Positions 26,962 to 36,440 of a DNA stretch of 52,827 bases are shown piece by piece. The notes under the pieces were generated by a model that saw nothing but the letters and a program-made list of their open reading frames with translations, was not told the DNA's origin and ran no database searches. The position numbers and the translations under genes are program-made. Location of the stretch: NCBI GenBank assembly GCA_043814985.1, contig JBDRJK010000013.1, positions 1-52,827 on the forward strand, read 5' to 3'. Origin of the DNA: Candidatus Aenigmatarchaeota archaeon. Its GTDB lineage: Archaea; Aenigmatarchaeota; Aenigmatarchaeia; Aenigmatarchaeales; Aenigmatarchaeaceae. Each line of letters begins with the position of its first letter. The stretch's first letter is position 1.

Positions 26962-27468
26962 ATGGCAAGCGATGTGTTGGATGTTTCGGAAGAGCTTAAC
27001 TTTCTGGACAAGATAATTGAAATAAACATGTCCCTGAACGATTTGGTTGATGACAGGGCCAGCTTCCTCTCAGGAATCGCAGGCATTATTGCAGTGGTTT
27101 CCTTGACGCAGCTCTTTTCCGCAACTGGTTTGGTCAGAATAGGTTTTCTGGTCATAACACTGACAGGCTTAGTGACTATATTTCTTAGTGTGGGAGTAAT
27201 AAGACCTAAATCATTGAAAAAGAAAAGAATCAACCTGATGTATTATGGCGGCATATGTCACTATGATGAGAAGAAATATTATTCGATGATAAAGGACGTT
27301 CTTGAAAACAAGGAAGATATGGTTAAGGAGTATGTAAAAGAAATACATGATCTGTCAGATGAATTAAAGGCCAGATTCAAACTGATAAGAAGGACAGGGG
27401 ACGTACTTGTTTCAGGTCTGATTGCAGGCTTTATTCTCATTTTTCTATCCTTCCTAATGCCACTGTAA
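26962..27468 (+). CDS. Pycsar TM-effector-like (DUF5706-like) membrane protein
   Basis: DDRASFL + TM, TM ending in IRP, NLMYYGGI, C-terminal K.RF..IR + TM: layout of the Pycsar PycTM family. Confidence 0.7.
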   Translation: MASDVLDVSEELNFLDKIIEINMSLNDLVDDRASFLSGIAGIIAVVSLTQLFSATGLVRIGFLVITLTGLVTIFLSVGVIRPKSLKKKRINLMYYGGICHYDEKKYYSMIKDVLENKEDMVKEYVKEIHDLSDELKARFKLIRRTGDVLVSGLIAGFILIFLSFLMPL

Positions 27469-27502
27469 TAGATTTAAATAAAATAGTCTGAATTATTCTT
27501 TC

Positions 27503-27967
27503 ATGCTGGAAGCAACGCTGATGGTAATTATAGCAAACATCTCGCCAGCCTTGGAGCAGATTGGCGGCATACCAATAGGCTTGGCTCTTGGGTTAGATCC
27601 CTTGTATACGCTTTTGGTTTCGTTGACTGTCAACTGCCTGCTTTTCTTCCCAGTCTATTTTGGACTGAAGCTTTTTTACGACAGGGTATTCTCTAGGATA
27701 AAATTGTTCAACAAATATCTTGAAAAAGTAAGGAGAAAGGGGAAGCCTTACATTATCAAGTATGGAATTCTTGGTTTGACTGCTTTCATCTCACTACCAA
27801 CTCCATTGACAGGCACCTACACAGCTTCAATTCTCAGCTGGTTCCTTGACTTGGACTGGAAAAAGTCTTTCATAGCAATAGCAATCGGTTCGACCATAGG
27901 CGGAGTGTTAATCCTTGCAACTTCTTTAGGGTTCATAGAGGCACTAAAACTGATTTTCAGCGTTTAA
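27503..27967 (+). CDS. Small multi-drug export family membrane protein (COG2426-like)
   Basis: SPALEQIGGIPIG, KYGILGL..FISLPTPLTGTYT motifs. Confidence 0.85.
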   Translation: MLEATLMVIIANISPALEQIGGIPIGLALGLDPLYTLLVSLTVNCLLFFPVYFGLKLFYDRVFSRIKLFNKYLEKVRRKGKPYIIKYGILGLTAFISLPTPLTGTYTASILSWFLDLDWKKSFIAIAIGSTIGGVLILATSLGFIEALKLIFSV

Positions 27968-28006
27968 AACAATAAAATTAAATAATTAATTCTTGAAAGA
28001 CTAATT

Positions 28007-28270
28007 GTGTCAAGTAATAATACAGAGCATTTAATAAGTAAAATACCTGAAGAAATCCTTGAAGATATTCTAAAACCTAATAAAAAAGGGTATATGTTGA
28101 AATGCTGTAATTTAGAGTCTCTAAGTGCAGGCGGTTATATTACTCATGCTCTAATTGAAATTCTGTACGCGACCGGTGAGAATGGTAACAGAGAGGTTAG
28201 ATACCAAAGAGGTAAAAGTATAACAGTAACTCCTAAGGGATTACGTGCTCTTCAAGATGCTTTAAAATAA
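28007..28270 (+). CDS. Hypothetical protein (possible wHTH-like C-terminus)
   Basis: 87-aa ORF ending ITVTPKGLRAL. Confidence 0.45.
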   Translation: MSSNNTEHLISKIPEEILEDILKPNKKGYMLKCCNLESLSAGGYITHALIEILYATGENGNREVRYQRGKSITVTPKGLRALQDALK

Positions 28271-28382
28271 CCTTTAAATATTCTTCCTTCTAATAAGAGA
28301 ATGGAAAGTTTTCGTGTGTACGTGTTCTGAAAAGACTTAAATACATTTAGAATGTATTAAAAATTCAAATAAAGTTGATTTT

Positions 28383-29333
28383 ATGCCACAAAGAAAAAGA
28401 CCAGGAAGAGGTAGCAAAGCGTTCTATCCTCGCAAGAGGGCTAGACGTATCTATCCAGCTGTCAAGAATTGGGCAGAGTCAAATGAGATTAAACCATTGG
28501 GTTTTGCCGGCTACAAGGCAGGCATGTCCCATGTTGTCATTGTTGACACGGATCCAAATTCCAAGACAAAGGGCCAACAGATTACAAGGCCCATAACAGT
28601 TCTTGAATGTCCCCCTCTTTCTGTTTTAGGTTTCAGGTGCTACTCAAAAAGTAAAACCTCATTTGATGTCTTCTCTGAAAAATTCAACAAAAACCTTACA
28701 AGGAAAATGAAAACACCCAAAAAGGATAGGTCCTTGGATGAGCAGTTGAAAAAGCTGCCGAAAAATATTTCTAAAATAAACTTAATTTGCCATACCAATT
28801 CTAATTTTAAGAAAAAGCCAGAAGTCTTTGAGATGGCTCTTGGAGGAGTTGTTGATGATCAATTGAAATACGCAAAGGAAAGCATCGGGAAAAACATAAA
28901 AGTGTCTGATGTCTTCAAGGAAGGGGATTTGGTTGATGTTATTTCCATTACAAAAGGAAAGGGATTCCAGGGACCTGTCAAGAGGTTCGGGGTAAGATTG
29001 CACGGTAGAAAGGCCCAGAAAATGCACAGGCACGTTGCTCCATTGGGGCAGAACGAACCCGGTAAGGTAAGGTGGTCAGTCCCGCAAGGAGGCCAGCATG
29101 GTTTTCACAGAAGGACCGAGGTAAACAAAAAGGTCTTGAAAATATCTGACGGCTTTGAAATAAGCGGTGACTTCCTGAACTATGGCAAGGTGAAGGGAGA
29201 CTGCCTCTTGCTGGACGGAAGCGTTCCGGGAGCAAGGAAGAGACTGATAAGGATGAGGTTTGCAATCAGGCCGAAGAAAGCCTATCCAGTTGACATAAAA
29301 TACATTTCAAGGACAAGCAAGCAGGGTGTGTAA
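28383..29333 (+). CDS. rpl3: 50S ribosomal protein uL3
   Basis: GFAGYKAGM, TKGKGFQGPVKRFG, GSVPG. Confidence 0.98.
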   Translation: MPQRKRPGRGSKAFYPRKRARRIYPAVKNWAESNEIKPLGFAGYKAGMSHVVIVDTDPNSKTKGQQITRPITVLECPPLSVLGFRCYSKSKTSFDVFSEKFNKNLTRKMKTPKKDRSLDEQLKKLPKNISKINLICHTNSNFKKKPEVFEMALGGVVDDQLKYAKESIGKNIKVSDVFKEGDLVDVISITKGKGFQGPVKRFGVRLHGRKAQKMHRHVAPLGQNEPGKVRWSVPQGGQHGFHRRTEVNKKVLKISDGFEISGDFLNYGKVKGDCLLLDGSVPGARKRLIRMRFAIRPKKAYPVDIKYISRTSKQGV

Positions 29334-29334
29334 A

Positions 29335-29592
29335 ATGAATGAAAAATTTTGTCATTTAAAGGCATTAGAAGTTGATGGTGATATATTTTTATCATTCTTC
29401 AATAGAAAGGAAACACCTCGTGGTTGTACACAAGTAGAGGTATTAACTCAAAATCAATTTTATAAATTAAGAGAAGATATGGGAGTAATAATACTACGCA
29501 ATAAAACAGGAATGGATATAGATGTGGAACAATACAAATTCCTAAAAAAATACTTTGAAAAAGGTGTAAAAAATGAAAGCCAATATAATTGA
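29335..29592 (+). CDS. Hypothetical protein inserted between rpl3 and rpl4
   Basis: AT-rich 85-aa ORF coupled to both neighbours. Confidence 0.6.
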   Translation: MNEKFCHLKALEVDGDIFLSFFNRKETPRGCTQVEVLTQNQFYKLREDMGVIILRNKTGMDIDVEQYKFLKKYFEKGVKNESQYN

Positions 29593-30370
29593 TACTCAAG
29601 CAAAGCAGAAGGGGCAGATAGAATTGCCTAAAGTTTTCAATACTGCATTCAGGCCAGACCTGATAAGGAGAGTTGTCATTTCAATCCAAAGCCACAAGAG
29701 GCAACCAAACGGTGTTGATCCTTTGGCTGGTAAGAGAACTTCTGCGCACTATCATGGTGTCAGAAAGGGTCCACACCACATGATGAACACAGAGACTGCT
29801 AGGATGAAAAGAATCCATGGCGGACCACCCGGATTGAACATGAGGGCAAGGTTTGTTCCACAAGCAGTTAAAGGTAGGGTGGCACACCCACCAAAGGTCG
29901 AGAAGAAGTGGGATCAGAAAGTGAACAAGAAGGAAAGAATACTTGCAACAAAGTCCGCAATAGCGGCAACATCAATCAAGGAGATTGTGATGGAAAGGGG
30001 ACACAAAATAAATGGAATTAACCTACCGATTATTATTGTTGATGATATTCAAGGCTTTACAAAAACAAAGCAAGTCAAAGACTTTTTAGAAAAGGTCGGA
30101 CTGAAAAATGAGTTGGAAAGAACGAAAGTCAAGAAAGTCAGAGCAGGCAGGGGGAAGGCAAGAGGAAGAAAGTACAAAAAGAGAAAATCCGTCCTCTTCG
30201 TTGTTTCCGAGGACAAGGGGATATCAAAGGCAATCAAGAACATACCAGGGACAGACTTTTCAATTGTCAAGAACCTTAATGCGGAACTGCTTGCTCCAGG
30301 AACCCATGCTGGAAGGCTGGCAATATGGAGCGAGTCTGCAATAAAGAAACTAGGTGAGATTTATGGCTGA
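29573..30370 (+). CDS. rpl4: 50S ribosomal protein uL4
   Basis: FRPDLIRR, GRVAHPPK, LAPGTHAGRL. Confidence 0.97.
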   Translation: MKANIIDTQAKQKGQIELPKVFNTAFRPDLIRRVVISIQSHKRQPNGVDPLAGKRTSAHYHGVRKGPHHMMNTETARMKRIHGGPPGLNMRARFVPQAVKGRVAHPPKVEKKWDQKVNKKERILATKSAIAATSIKEIVMERGHKINGINLPIIIVDDIQGFTKTKQVKDFLEKVGLKNELERTKVKKVRAGRGKARGRKYKKRKSVLFVVSEDKGISKAIKNIPGTDFSIVKNLNAELLAPGTHAGRLAIWSESAIKKLGEIYG

Positions 30371-30656
30371 GAAAAAACAAGAGAAAGCACCCATTGTTGA
30401 CCCTTGGACTATATTGCTCTATCCTTTGCTGACTGAAAAGGCAATTGGAAAGATTGAAACTGAGAACAAGCTAGTCTTTATTGTTAATAGAAAATCAAGC
30501 AAGAAACAAATTGAATGGGCAACTGAGAGAGCATTTAATGTTAAGGTCATTAATGTTAAGACATTGATCGACGCCAAGGGAAGAAAGAAGGCTTGGATAA
30601 AACTTTCAAAGGAGCATCCTGCAACTGAGATTGCAACCAGATTAGGCATGTTGTGA
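30363..30656 (+). CDS. rpl23: 50S ribosomal protein uL23
   Basis: YPLLTEKA, ENKLVFIV, KKAWIKL. Confidence 0.96.
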   Translation: MAEKKQEKAPIVDPWTILLYPLLTEKAIGKIETENKLVFIVNRKSSKKQIEWATERAFNVKVINVKTLIDAKGRKKAWIKLSKEHPATEIATRLGML

Positions 30657-30661
30657 TGATT

Positions 30662-31351
30662 ATGGGTAAACGAATAATTGTAAGGGCCAGAGGTAAGGGA
30701 GGACCGCCTTACAAGAGTCCTGGCCATAGATTCCCAGGCAAGATTAGTTACAAGTTCAAAACAGCAAAGGTCATTGACATAATACATGATCCCTGTAGGG
30801 ATGCACCTTTAGCTAAATTAGAAACAGACAACAAGGAAAGGTTGATAATAGCTGCAGAGGGACTGAAGGTCGGTGATACTCTGGATATGGAAGGCAAGAT
30901 GGAGAAGGGAAATATTTTACCTTTAAGCAAGATTCCAAAAGGAACATTTATTTTTGCAATGGAGAACTATCCCGGTTCAGGACCAAAGCTGTGCTGCTCT
31001 GCAGGGATAAATGCGTTCATAGTGTCAAACGAGCCTGGCAAGGTCATTGTTCAAATGCCTTCAAAGCAATCCAAGACATTCAATCCAAAATGCTTGGCAA
31101 CAGTCGGTATTGCGGCAGGAGGCGGAAGGGGAGACAAGCCGTATGTCAAGGCTGGACAATTATTTCATGCAAAGGGGGCAAGGAACAAGCTTTGGCCAAG
31201 AGTGTGTGGAGTAAAGATGAACGCAGTTGACCATCCTTTTGGTGGTAAGGGGAACCCCGGTATACCAATGACAACATCAAGGCATGCACCGCCAGGAGCA
31301 AAGGTGGGTTCAATAGCAGCAAGAAGGACTGGCAGAAAGAAGAGGAAGTGA
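30662..31351 (+). CDS. rpl2: 50S ribosomal protein uL2
   Basis: MGKRI, MNAVDHPFGG, PPGAKVGSIAARRTG. Confidence 0.97.
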   Translation: MGKRIIVRARGKGGPPYKSPGHRFPGKISYKFKTAKVIDIIHDPCRDAPLAKLETDNKERLIIAAEGLKVGDTLDMEGKMEKGNILPLSKIPKGTFIFAMENYPGSGPKLCCSAGINAFIVSNEPGKVIVQMPSKQSKTFNPKCLATVGIAAGGGRGDKPYVKAGQLFHAKGARNKLWPRVCGVKMNAVDHPFGGKGNPGIPMTTSRHAPPGAKVGSIAARRTGRKKRK

Positions 31352-31356
31352 TGATT

Positions 31357-31737
31357 ATGGCTAGAATATTTACGTACAAGGGAAAAACAGTTGAGGAACT
31401 GAAGACAATGAGTCTGGACGATTTCATAAAACTGCTTCCTTCAAAAGAGAAAAAGAAGATGCTCAAAGGTCTGAGCAAGAAGGAGAAGAAATTCTTGGAG
31501 AGGCTCAAGAAGTCTGAAAAGCCTGTAAGGACACATCTGAGACAGACGATTATTATTCCCGAGATGTTTGACAAGACTGTCATGCTTCACAGCGGTAGGG
31601 AGTGGGTAAGGCTTATAATTAAACCTGAAATGGTTGGTCACAGGATGGGAGAATTCGTGCTTACAAGAAAGAGAGTTCTCCACAGCGCACCTGGTGTTGG
31701 TGCCACTCGTGCATCGAAGTTCATGCCTTTGAAGTGA
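31357..31737 (+). CDS. rps19: 30S ribosomal protein uS19
   Basis: RTHLR, EMVGHRMGEF, GATRAS. Confidence 0.97.
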   Translation: MARIFTYKGKTVEELKTMSLDDFIKLLPSKEKKKMLKGLSKKEKKFLERLKKSEKPVRTHLRQTIIIPEMFDKTVMLHSGREWVRLIIKPEMVGHRMGEFVLTRKRVLHSAPGVGATRASKFMPLK

Positions 31738-31741
31738 TGTT

Positions 31742-32155
31742 ATGAAATACGCAATTACCAACAGGACAGCATCTGCCTTGAGCACATTAAGGATATCGTT
31801 CAAGAACGCTACCAATGTGTGCAAAAAGCTTAACAAGAAAAAGCTTGTTGAGGCAAAGAAGTTTTTGACGGATGTGGTAAACCAGAAGTCCACAATAAGA
31901 AGAAAATACTACACAAAAACTTCCAAGGAATTATTGGAAGTGTTAAAGCAATTAGAGTTCAACGCAAGGAAAAAGGAGTTGGACGCGGATAACATGTTCC
32001 TCTTCATTTCAGCTCACAGGGGTCCGACAATGCACAGGGCCAGGAGAAGGTGGAATAAATTTGGAACAAGAATGAAATCATGTCATGTTCAAGCAGTATT
32101 AAGTGATAAAGATGGCTTTGGAAAAAAGGTTCGTGAAACAGGGAATAAGGGATAG
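31742..32155 (+). CDS. rpl22: 50S ribosomal protein uL22
   Basis: LRISFKNA..VC, position in S10 operon, CHVQAVL. Confidence 0.9.
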   Translation: MKYAITNRTASALSTLRISFKNATNVCKKLNKKKLVEAKKFLTDVVNQKSTIRRKYYTKTSKELLEVLKQLEFNARKKELDADNMFLFISAHRGPTMHRARRRWNKFGTRMKSCHVQAVLSDKDGFGKKVRETGNKG

Positions 32156-32912
32156 GGACGTCGAGGAGTTTTTGGCAAAGGAGTTTGATAGAGCAGGCTA
32201 TAGCCACTCCCTGATACAGAGAACTCCCCTAAGCATAAGGATAACAATATTTGCCAGCAAGCCCGGCCTGATAATCGGCAGGGGAGGCAAGAACATAGAG
32301 ATGATGACAAGAGTCCTGAAAGAAAGGTTCGGCTTTGAGAACCCACAGATGGATGTTCAGGAAGTGGAAAATTCCAATGTGGACTCGCAAATTATTGCCA
32401 AGTGGATGGCATCTGCAATTGAAAGAGGACTGAAATACAAAAGAGTTGCCAACATAGCCTTGGAGAGAGTCATGAGCTCGGGCGCAGCAGGAGTCAGGAT
32501 CAGGATAGCAGGTAAGATAGGTGGCGAGAAGGGAAGGACAGAAAAATTCTCTTCAGGGTACCTGAAATATTCTGGGGAACCATCCGAATCCATGGTTGAT
32601 ACTGCCTATTCCCAGGCAAACCTCAAGCTAGGTATGGTCGGCATCCAAGTCAGGATAATGAAGGAAAGGCCAAGGGAATTGGTAGTCCCGGAAAAATTCG
32701 AGGAAGAGAAACCTGTTGAAGAAGCTAAAGTTGTGAAACCCGAGGAGCCAAAGGCTGATGAAGCCCCCAAGGAAGAACCAAAAGTAGAGGAGAAGAAAAA
32801 GGAACAAGTTAAAAAGAAAAAGAAAGCAAAGGCAAGAAAGAAAAAAGTAAAAGAAGAAAAAAGTGAGGAAAATGGCGATAATAAAGAAAAAACAAATGAA
32901 GGAAATGAATGA
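32112..32912 (+). CDS. rps3: 30S ribosomal protein uS3
   Basis: KPGLIIGRGG KH motif, GYLKYSGEP; Lys/Glu-rich tail. Confidence 0.97.
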   Translation: MALEKRFVKQGIRDRDVEEFLAKEFDRAGYSHSLIQRTPLSIRITIFASKPGLIIGRGGKNIEMMTRVLKERFGFENPQMDVQEVENSNVDSQIIAKWMASAIERGLKYKRVANIALERVMSSGAAGVRIRIAGKIGGEKGRTEKFSSGYLKYSGEPSESMVDTAYSQANLKLGMVGIQVRIMKERPRELVVPEKFEEEKPVEEAKVVKPEEPKADEAPKEEPKVEEKKKEQVKKKKKAKARKKKVKEEKSEENGDNKEKTNEGNE

Positions 32913-33081
32913 TACTGATTTAGTTAAGCGTTTAAGCGAACTAAGATTAGAGTTAGCAAAGGAAAAAGGTCAAGTTGCTATTGGTGGGACTGCCAGCAAT
33001 CCTGGGAGGATCAAGGAAACCAAGAAAACAATAGCAAGACTGCTAACTGAAATAAAGAGGAGGGGTGAAAAAACTGTCTGA
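32872..33081 (+). CDS. rpl29: 50S ribosomal protein uL29
   Basis: NPGRIKETKKTIARLLT. Confidence 0.95.
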   Translation: MAIIKKKQMKEMNDTDLVKRLSELRLELAKEKGQVAIGGTASNPGRIKETKKTIARLLTEIKRRGEKTV

Positions 33082-33379
33082 AGTATGTCCCATTTGTGGC
33101 TTGCCAAAAGAACTTTGTATTTGCGGGGCAATCGCAAAGGAAGAAGCCAAGATAAAGGTCTTTGAGGAAAAGAGAAGGTTCGGAAAGAAAGTGACCATAG
33201 TCGACGGCATCGAGGAAAAAGCCAACCCTAAGCAACTTGCAAAGAAGCTCAAGACAAAACTCGCGTGCGGAGGAACCTACAAGAACGGAAGAATAGAGCT
33301 GAGGGGAGAACACGGGAAAAAAGTAAAACAGCTCTTGATTGAATCAGGTTTCCCAGAAGAAAAAATCGAGGTCGAGTAG
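33065..33379 (+). CDS. Translation initiation factor aIF1 (SUI1)
   Basis: CPICGLPKELC, RRFGKKVT, LACGGT, IELRG. Confidence 0.95.
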   Translation: MKKLSEVCPICGLPKELCICGAIAKEEAKIKVFEEKRRFGKKVTIVDGIEEKANPKQLAKKLKTKLACGGTYKNGRIELRGEHGKKVKQLLIESGFPEEKIEVE

Positions 33380-33380
33380 G

Positions 33381-33659
33381 ATGATTTCAGCCAAAAACCT
33401 GATAAGGCACGAGCTCATAGGCTTGCCAGTAGAGGTTGTAAATAGCAGCAACGAATTCCAAGTCGGGATAAAGGGATTGGTTGTCAACGAGACAAAGAAC
33501 CTCTTGGTTATTGAAACCAAGAAGGAACTGAAAAAAATTCAGAAGAAAGGTTCAAGCTTCATATTTAAAATCCCAAGCGGGAAGAAAGTTAAGGTCAATG
33601 GAAAAAGAATTGTTGCAAGGCCTGAAGACAGAATAAAACTCAAGGTGAAAAAATGGTAA
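33381..33659 (+). CDS. rnp1: RNase P protein subunit Rpp29/POP4
   Basis: HELIGL, GLVVNETKN, RPEDRIK. Confidence 0.95.
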   Translation: MISAKNLIRHELIGLPVEVVNSSNEFQVGIKGLVVNETKNLLVIETKKELKKIQKKGSSFIFKIPSGKKVKVNGKRIVARPEDRIKLKVKKW

Positions 33660-33988
33660 AACAAAAAGTCAGGAACATTGGTATTGAAGCAAAAGCTCCA
33701 GAAAATTTTTGCAGTGACAAGAAGTGCCCATGGCACGGCACATTAAGTGTCAGAGGCAGAGTCTTGAAGGGAATTGTTACTAGTGCCAAGGCTCTAAAGA
33801 CAGTCATTGTCAGATGGGATTTCCACAGGTTCATGACGAAATACGAGAGATATGAAAGAAAGCACAACAGAGTTGCAGCTTATTGTCCTGAATGCATTGA
33901 TGTAAAGAAAGGTGACACAGTCAGAATTGCAGAATGCAGACCATTATCAAAAACAAAGAGATTTGTTGTAATCGAGGTAGTTAAATGA
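33653..33988 (+). CDS. rps17: 30S ribosomal protein uS17
   Basis: CPWHGTLSVRG, KYERYE, ECRPLSKTK. Confidence 0.97.
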   Translation: MVKQKVRNIGIEAKAPENFCSDKKCPWHGTLSVRGRVLKGIVTSAKALKTVIVRWDFHRFMTKYERYERKHNRVAAYCPECIDVKKGDTVRIAECRPLSKTKRFVVIEVVK

Positions 33989-34383
33989 AACCAATATCAG
34001 CCAGAATATCAAGGGCCTTGCAAGTTGAAAGTTTCCTAAAATGCGCAGACAACACAGGAGCAAGAATGCTTCAAATAATAGCTGTGAAGGGATACAAGGG
34101 CGTGAAAACAAGACACCCCAATTGCGGAGTGGGGAACTGGATCATTTGCACTGTAAAGAAGGGAGATCCAAAAATGAAGCACCAGGTTGTGCATGCTGTT
34201 ATTGTCAGGCAGAAAAAGGAATACAGGAGAAAAAGTGGAATAAGAGTCAAGTTCGAGGACAATGCTGCTGTACTAATAAATGAAAAGGGAGAGACAAGGG
34301 GAACAAAAATAAAGGGACCAATAGCAAAGGAAGTTGTTGAAAGATATTCAGTCATTGGCAAGATAGCTACAATGGTGGTATGA
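33985..34383 (+). CDS. rpl14: 50S ribosomal protein uL14
   Basis: CADNTGA, FEDNAAV, GPIAKE. Confidence 0.97.
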   Translation: MKPISARISRALQVESFLKCADNTGARMLQIIAVKGYKGVKTRHPNCGVGNWIICTVKKGDPKMKHQVVHAVIVRQKKEYRRKSGIRVKFEDNAAVLINEKGETRGTKIKGPIAKEVVERYSVIGKIATMVV

Positions 34384-34763
34384 TGAAATCAAAAAGACCA
34401 GGAAAACAAAGAAAAGCCTTGTATCAGGCGCCGTTGCACAGGAAGCACAAGCTTGTATCAGCTCACTTGTCAAAGGAACTGAGAAAGCAAATGGACAAAA
34501 GGTCATTGCCTGTTAGAAAGGGAGATGATGTCAAGGTAATGAGAGGAAAGTTCAAGGGAACAATAGGAAAGGTTTCGAGAGTTAGCTTAAAGAAATTAAA
34601 GGTCTACATTGAGAATGTAAAAAGGAAAAAAGTTTCAGGCGAGGAAGTTTTCGTTCCAATACATCCCTCAAAGTTAATGATAACCAATGCGATTATGGAT
34701 GACCCAAAAAGAAAAATTGTGGTTGATAGGAAGAAAAAGGTGAAAAGGAATGGTAAAGCTTAA
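34380..34763 (+). CDS. rpl24: 50S ribosomal protein uL24
   Basis: KQRKALYQAPLH, VRKGDDVKVMRG, IHPS. Confidence 0.97.
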   Translation: MMKSKRPGKQRKALYQAPLHRKHKLVSAHLSKELRKQMDKRSLPVRKGDDVKVMRGKFKGTIGKVSRVSLKKLKVYIENVKRKKVSGEEVFVPIHPSKLMITNAIMDDPKRKIVVDRKKKVKRNGKA

Positions 34764-35418
34764 AAGATTAGCAGCGCCCAAATGGTGGCCGATCAAAAGA
34801 AAAGTAAAGAAATTCGTAATCGCGCCTAGAGGTTCTCATCCAAGGAAATCTTCACTTCCACTCGTTGTCTTGATAAGGGATGTCCTAAAGCTGGCAGAGA
34901 CAAGCAGGGAAGTAAAGAAAGTAATCAATGCAGGAGAAGTTCTCATTGACAACAGGAAGATGAAGGACACTAAGTACGGTGTCGGCCTTTTGGATGTGAT
35001 TGAGATTCCTTTAATGAAAAAAGTTTGGAGAGCTGTTCCAGAAAACGGTCTGAGCTTTATTGAAATACCTGCCAAAGAAGCAAAGCTAAAGATATGCAAG
35101 ATAGTTGACAAAAAGACCCTGAGGGGTAACAAAAACCAGCTTAACTTGAATGACGGCAGGAACATCATAACAGACAAAAAATACTCCACTTACGATTCAT
35201 TGTTGATTGAATTGCCAGAGCAGAAGATAGTTGACCATCTGAAGTTTGAGAAGGGCTCCCTCGTGCTTGTCACTGGGGGTAAAAATGCTGGAAATCTGGC
35301 TAAAATAAAAATCATAGAGAAGAACAGAGTTTGGCTCGAGGATGAGAAGCTGTTCGAGATTCCAAAGGGAATGTTTGTTGTCGTCGGCAAGGAGAAGCCG
35401 GTTATAAAATTGAAGTGA
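34750..35418 (+). CDS. rps4e: 30S ribosomal protein eS4
   Basis: LKRLAAPKWW, LNDGRN, VTGGKNAG. Confidence 0.96.
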   Translation: MVKLKRLAAPKWWPIKRKVKKFVIAPRGSHPRKSSLPLVVLIRDVLKLAETSREVKKVINAGEVLIDNRKMKDTKYGVGLLDVIEIPLMKKVWRAVPENGLSFIEIPAKEAKLKICKIVDKKTLRGNKNQLNLNDGRNIITDKKYSTYDSLLIELPEQKIVDHLKFEKGSLVLVTGGKNAGNLAKIKIIEKNRVWLEDEKLFEIPKGMFVVVGKEKPVIKLK

Positions 35419-35422
35419 TTAT

Positions 35423-35923
35423 ATGAATCCAATGAGAAGCATCAGAATAGAAAAAATAACAGTAAACATAGGCTGTGGAGACTCTGGAGAAAAATTAGAG
35501 AAAGCCAAGCAGCTTTTGGCAGAACTGACAAAGAAGAAGATTGTTGTCACAAGGACTCACGGGAGAACAACATTCGGGATGGCTCAGAACAGGCCAATAG
35601 GCTGCAAGGTCACGATAAGGGGCAATGATGCCAAAGAGTTTTTAAAGAAGGCTTTGGTGGCAGCTGAGAAAAAACTTCCAAGAACTGTTTTTGATTCTAC
35701 AGGTAACTTCTCCTTTGGCGTAAAGGAGCACATTGACATTCCTGGCGTCAATTACGATCCCAACATTGGAATTTTCGGTATGGACGTTTCAGTCACGCTG
35801 GAAAGGCCTGGGTTCAGGATCAAGAAAAAGAAGTTATCGTCGAAGGTAGGCAAGAAGCACCTGATCAAACCAGAGGAGGCCATTGAGTGGGTCACAAAAA
35901 ATTTCGAGGTACAGATAGTATGA
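35423..35923 (+). CDS. rpl5: 50S ribosomal protein uL5
   Basis: MNPMR, IGCKVTIRG, GNFSFG, YDPNIGIFG. Confidence 0.97.
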   Translation: MNPMRSIRIEKITVNIGCGDSGEKLEKAKQLLAELTKKKIVVTRTHGRTTFGMAQNRPIGCKVTIRGNDAKEFLKKALVAAEKKLPRTVFDSTGNFSFGVKEHIDIPGVNYDPNIGIFGMDVSVTLERPGFRIKKKKLSSKVGKKHLIKPEEAIEWVTKNFEVQIV

Positions 35924-36279
35924 AACAAATTACAGCTTTAATTTTGACAGCAGTCGTCGTTGGCATCATAGTCATAACTCAGGAGTTTTATTCTCCTGTC
36001 GAAGAAAAAGTTTATGATTATTCGGCTACGGAATTCATAGAACCCAGTAACACATTCACATTTTGTTATGTGGATGATGACTGCTTTAAGTTCAAGGGGT
36101 CTGCATGCCCGGCTGATTCAGGCGGAATCGAGGTATGCGTCCATAAAAATTATATTCAAGAATACAATTCAGTTATAGAAGATGCTGCCGGAAAACAATG
36201 GGAACGCGGCTGCCCAGAAATATATTTGGTAAGCGAAAAAATGTGCAGTTGTATTGATAGTAAATGCACTTTAATGTGA
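35920..36279 (+). CDS. Hypothetical secreted/anchored Cys-rich protein inserted between rpl5 and rps14
   Basis: N-terminal hydrophobic helix; C.VDDDC...C...C...C..CSCIDSKC eight-Cys pattern. Confidence 0.7.
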   Translation: MKQITALILTAVVVGIIVITQEFYSPVEEKVYDYSATEFIEPSNTFTFCYVDDDCFKFKGSACPADSGGIEVCVHKNYIQEYNSVIEDAAGKQWERGCPEIYLVSEKMCSCIDSKCTLM

Positions 36280-36283
36280 TAAC

Positions 36284-36436
36284 ATGGAAGCCAAAAAAAG
36301 AAAATTCGGTAGGGGAAGCAGGGTCTGCAGGCGCTGCGGAAGACGCGGAGCCATCATTAGACAGTACGATCTTTACTACTGCAGGCAGTGTTTCAGAGAG
36401 GTTGCAAAAAAATTAGGGTTTAAAAAATATTCGTGA
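36284..36436 (+). CDS. rps14: 30S ribosomal protein uS14 (Zn type)
   Basis: Manual translation [19 protein letters not shown]...[18 protein letters not shown]. Confidence 0.96.
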   Translation: MEAKKRKFGRGSRVCRRCGRRGAIIRQYDLYYCRQCFREVAKKLGFKKYS

Positions 36437-36440
36437 TATT

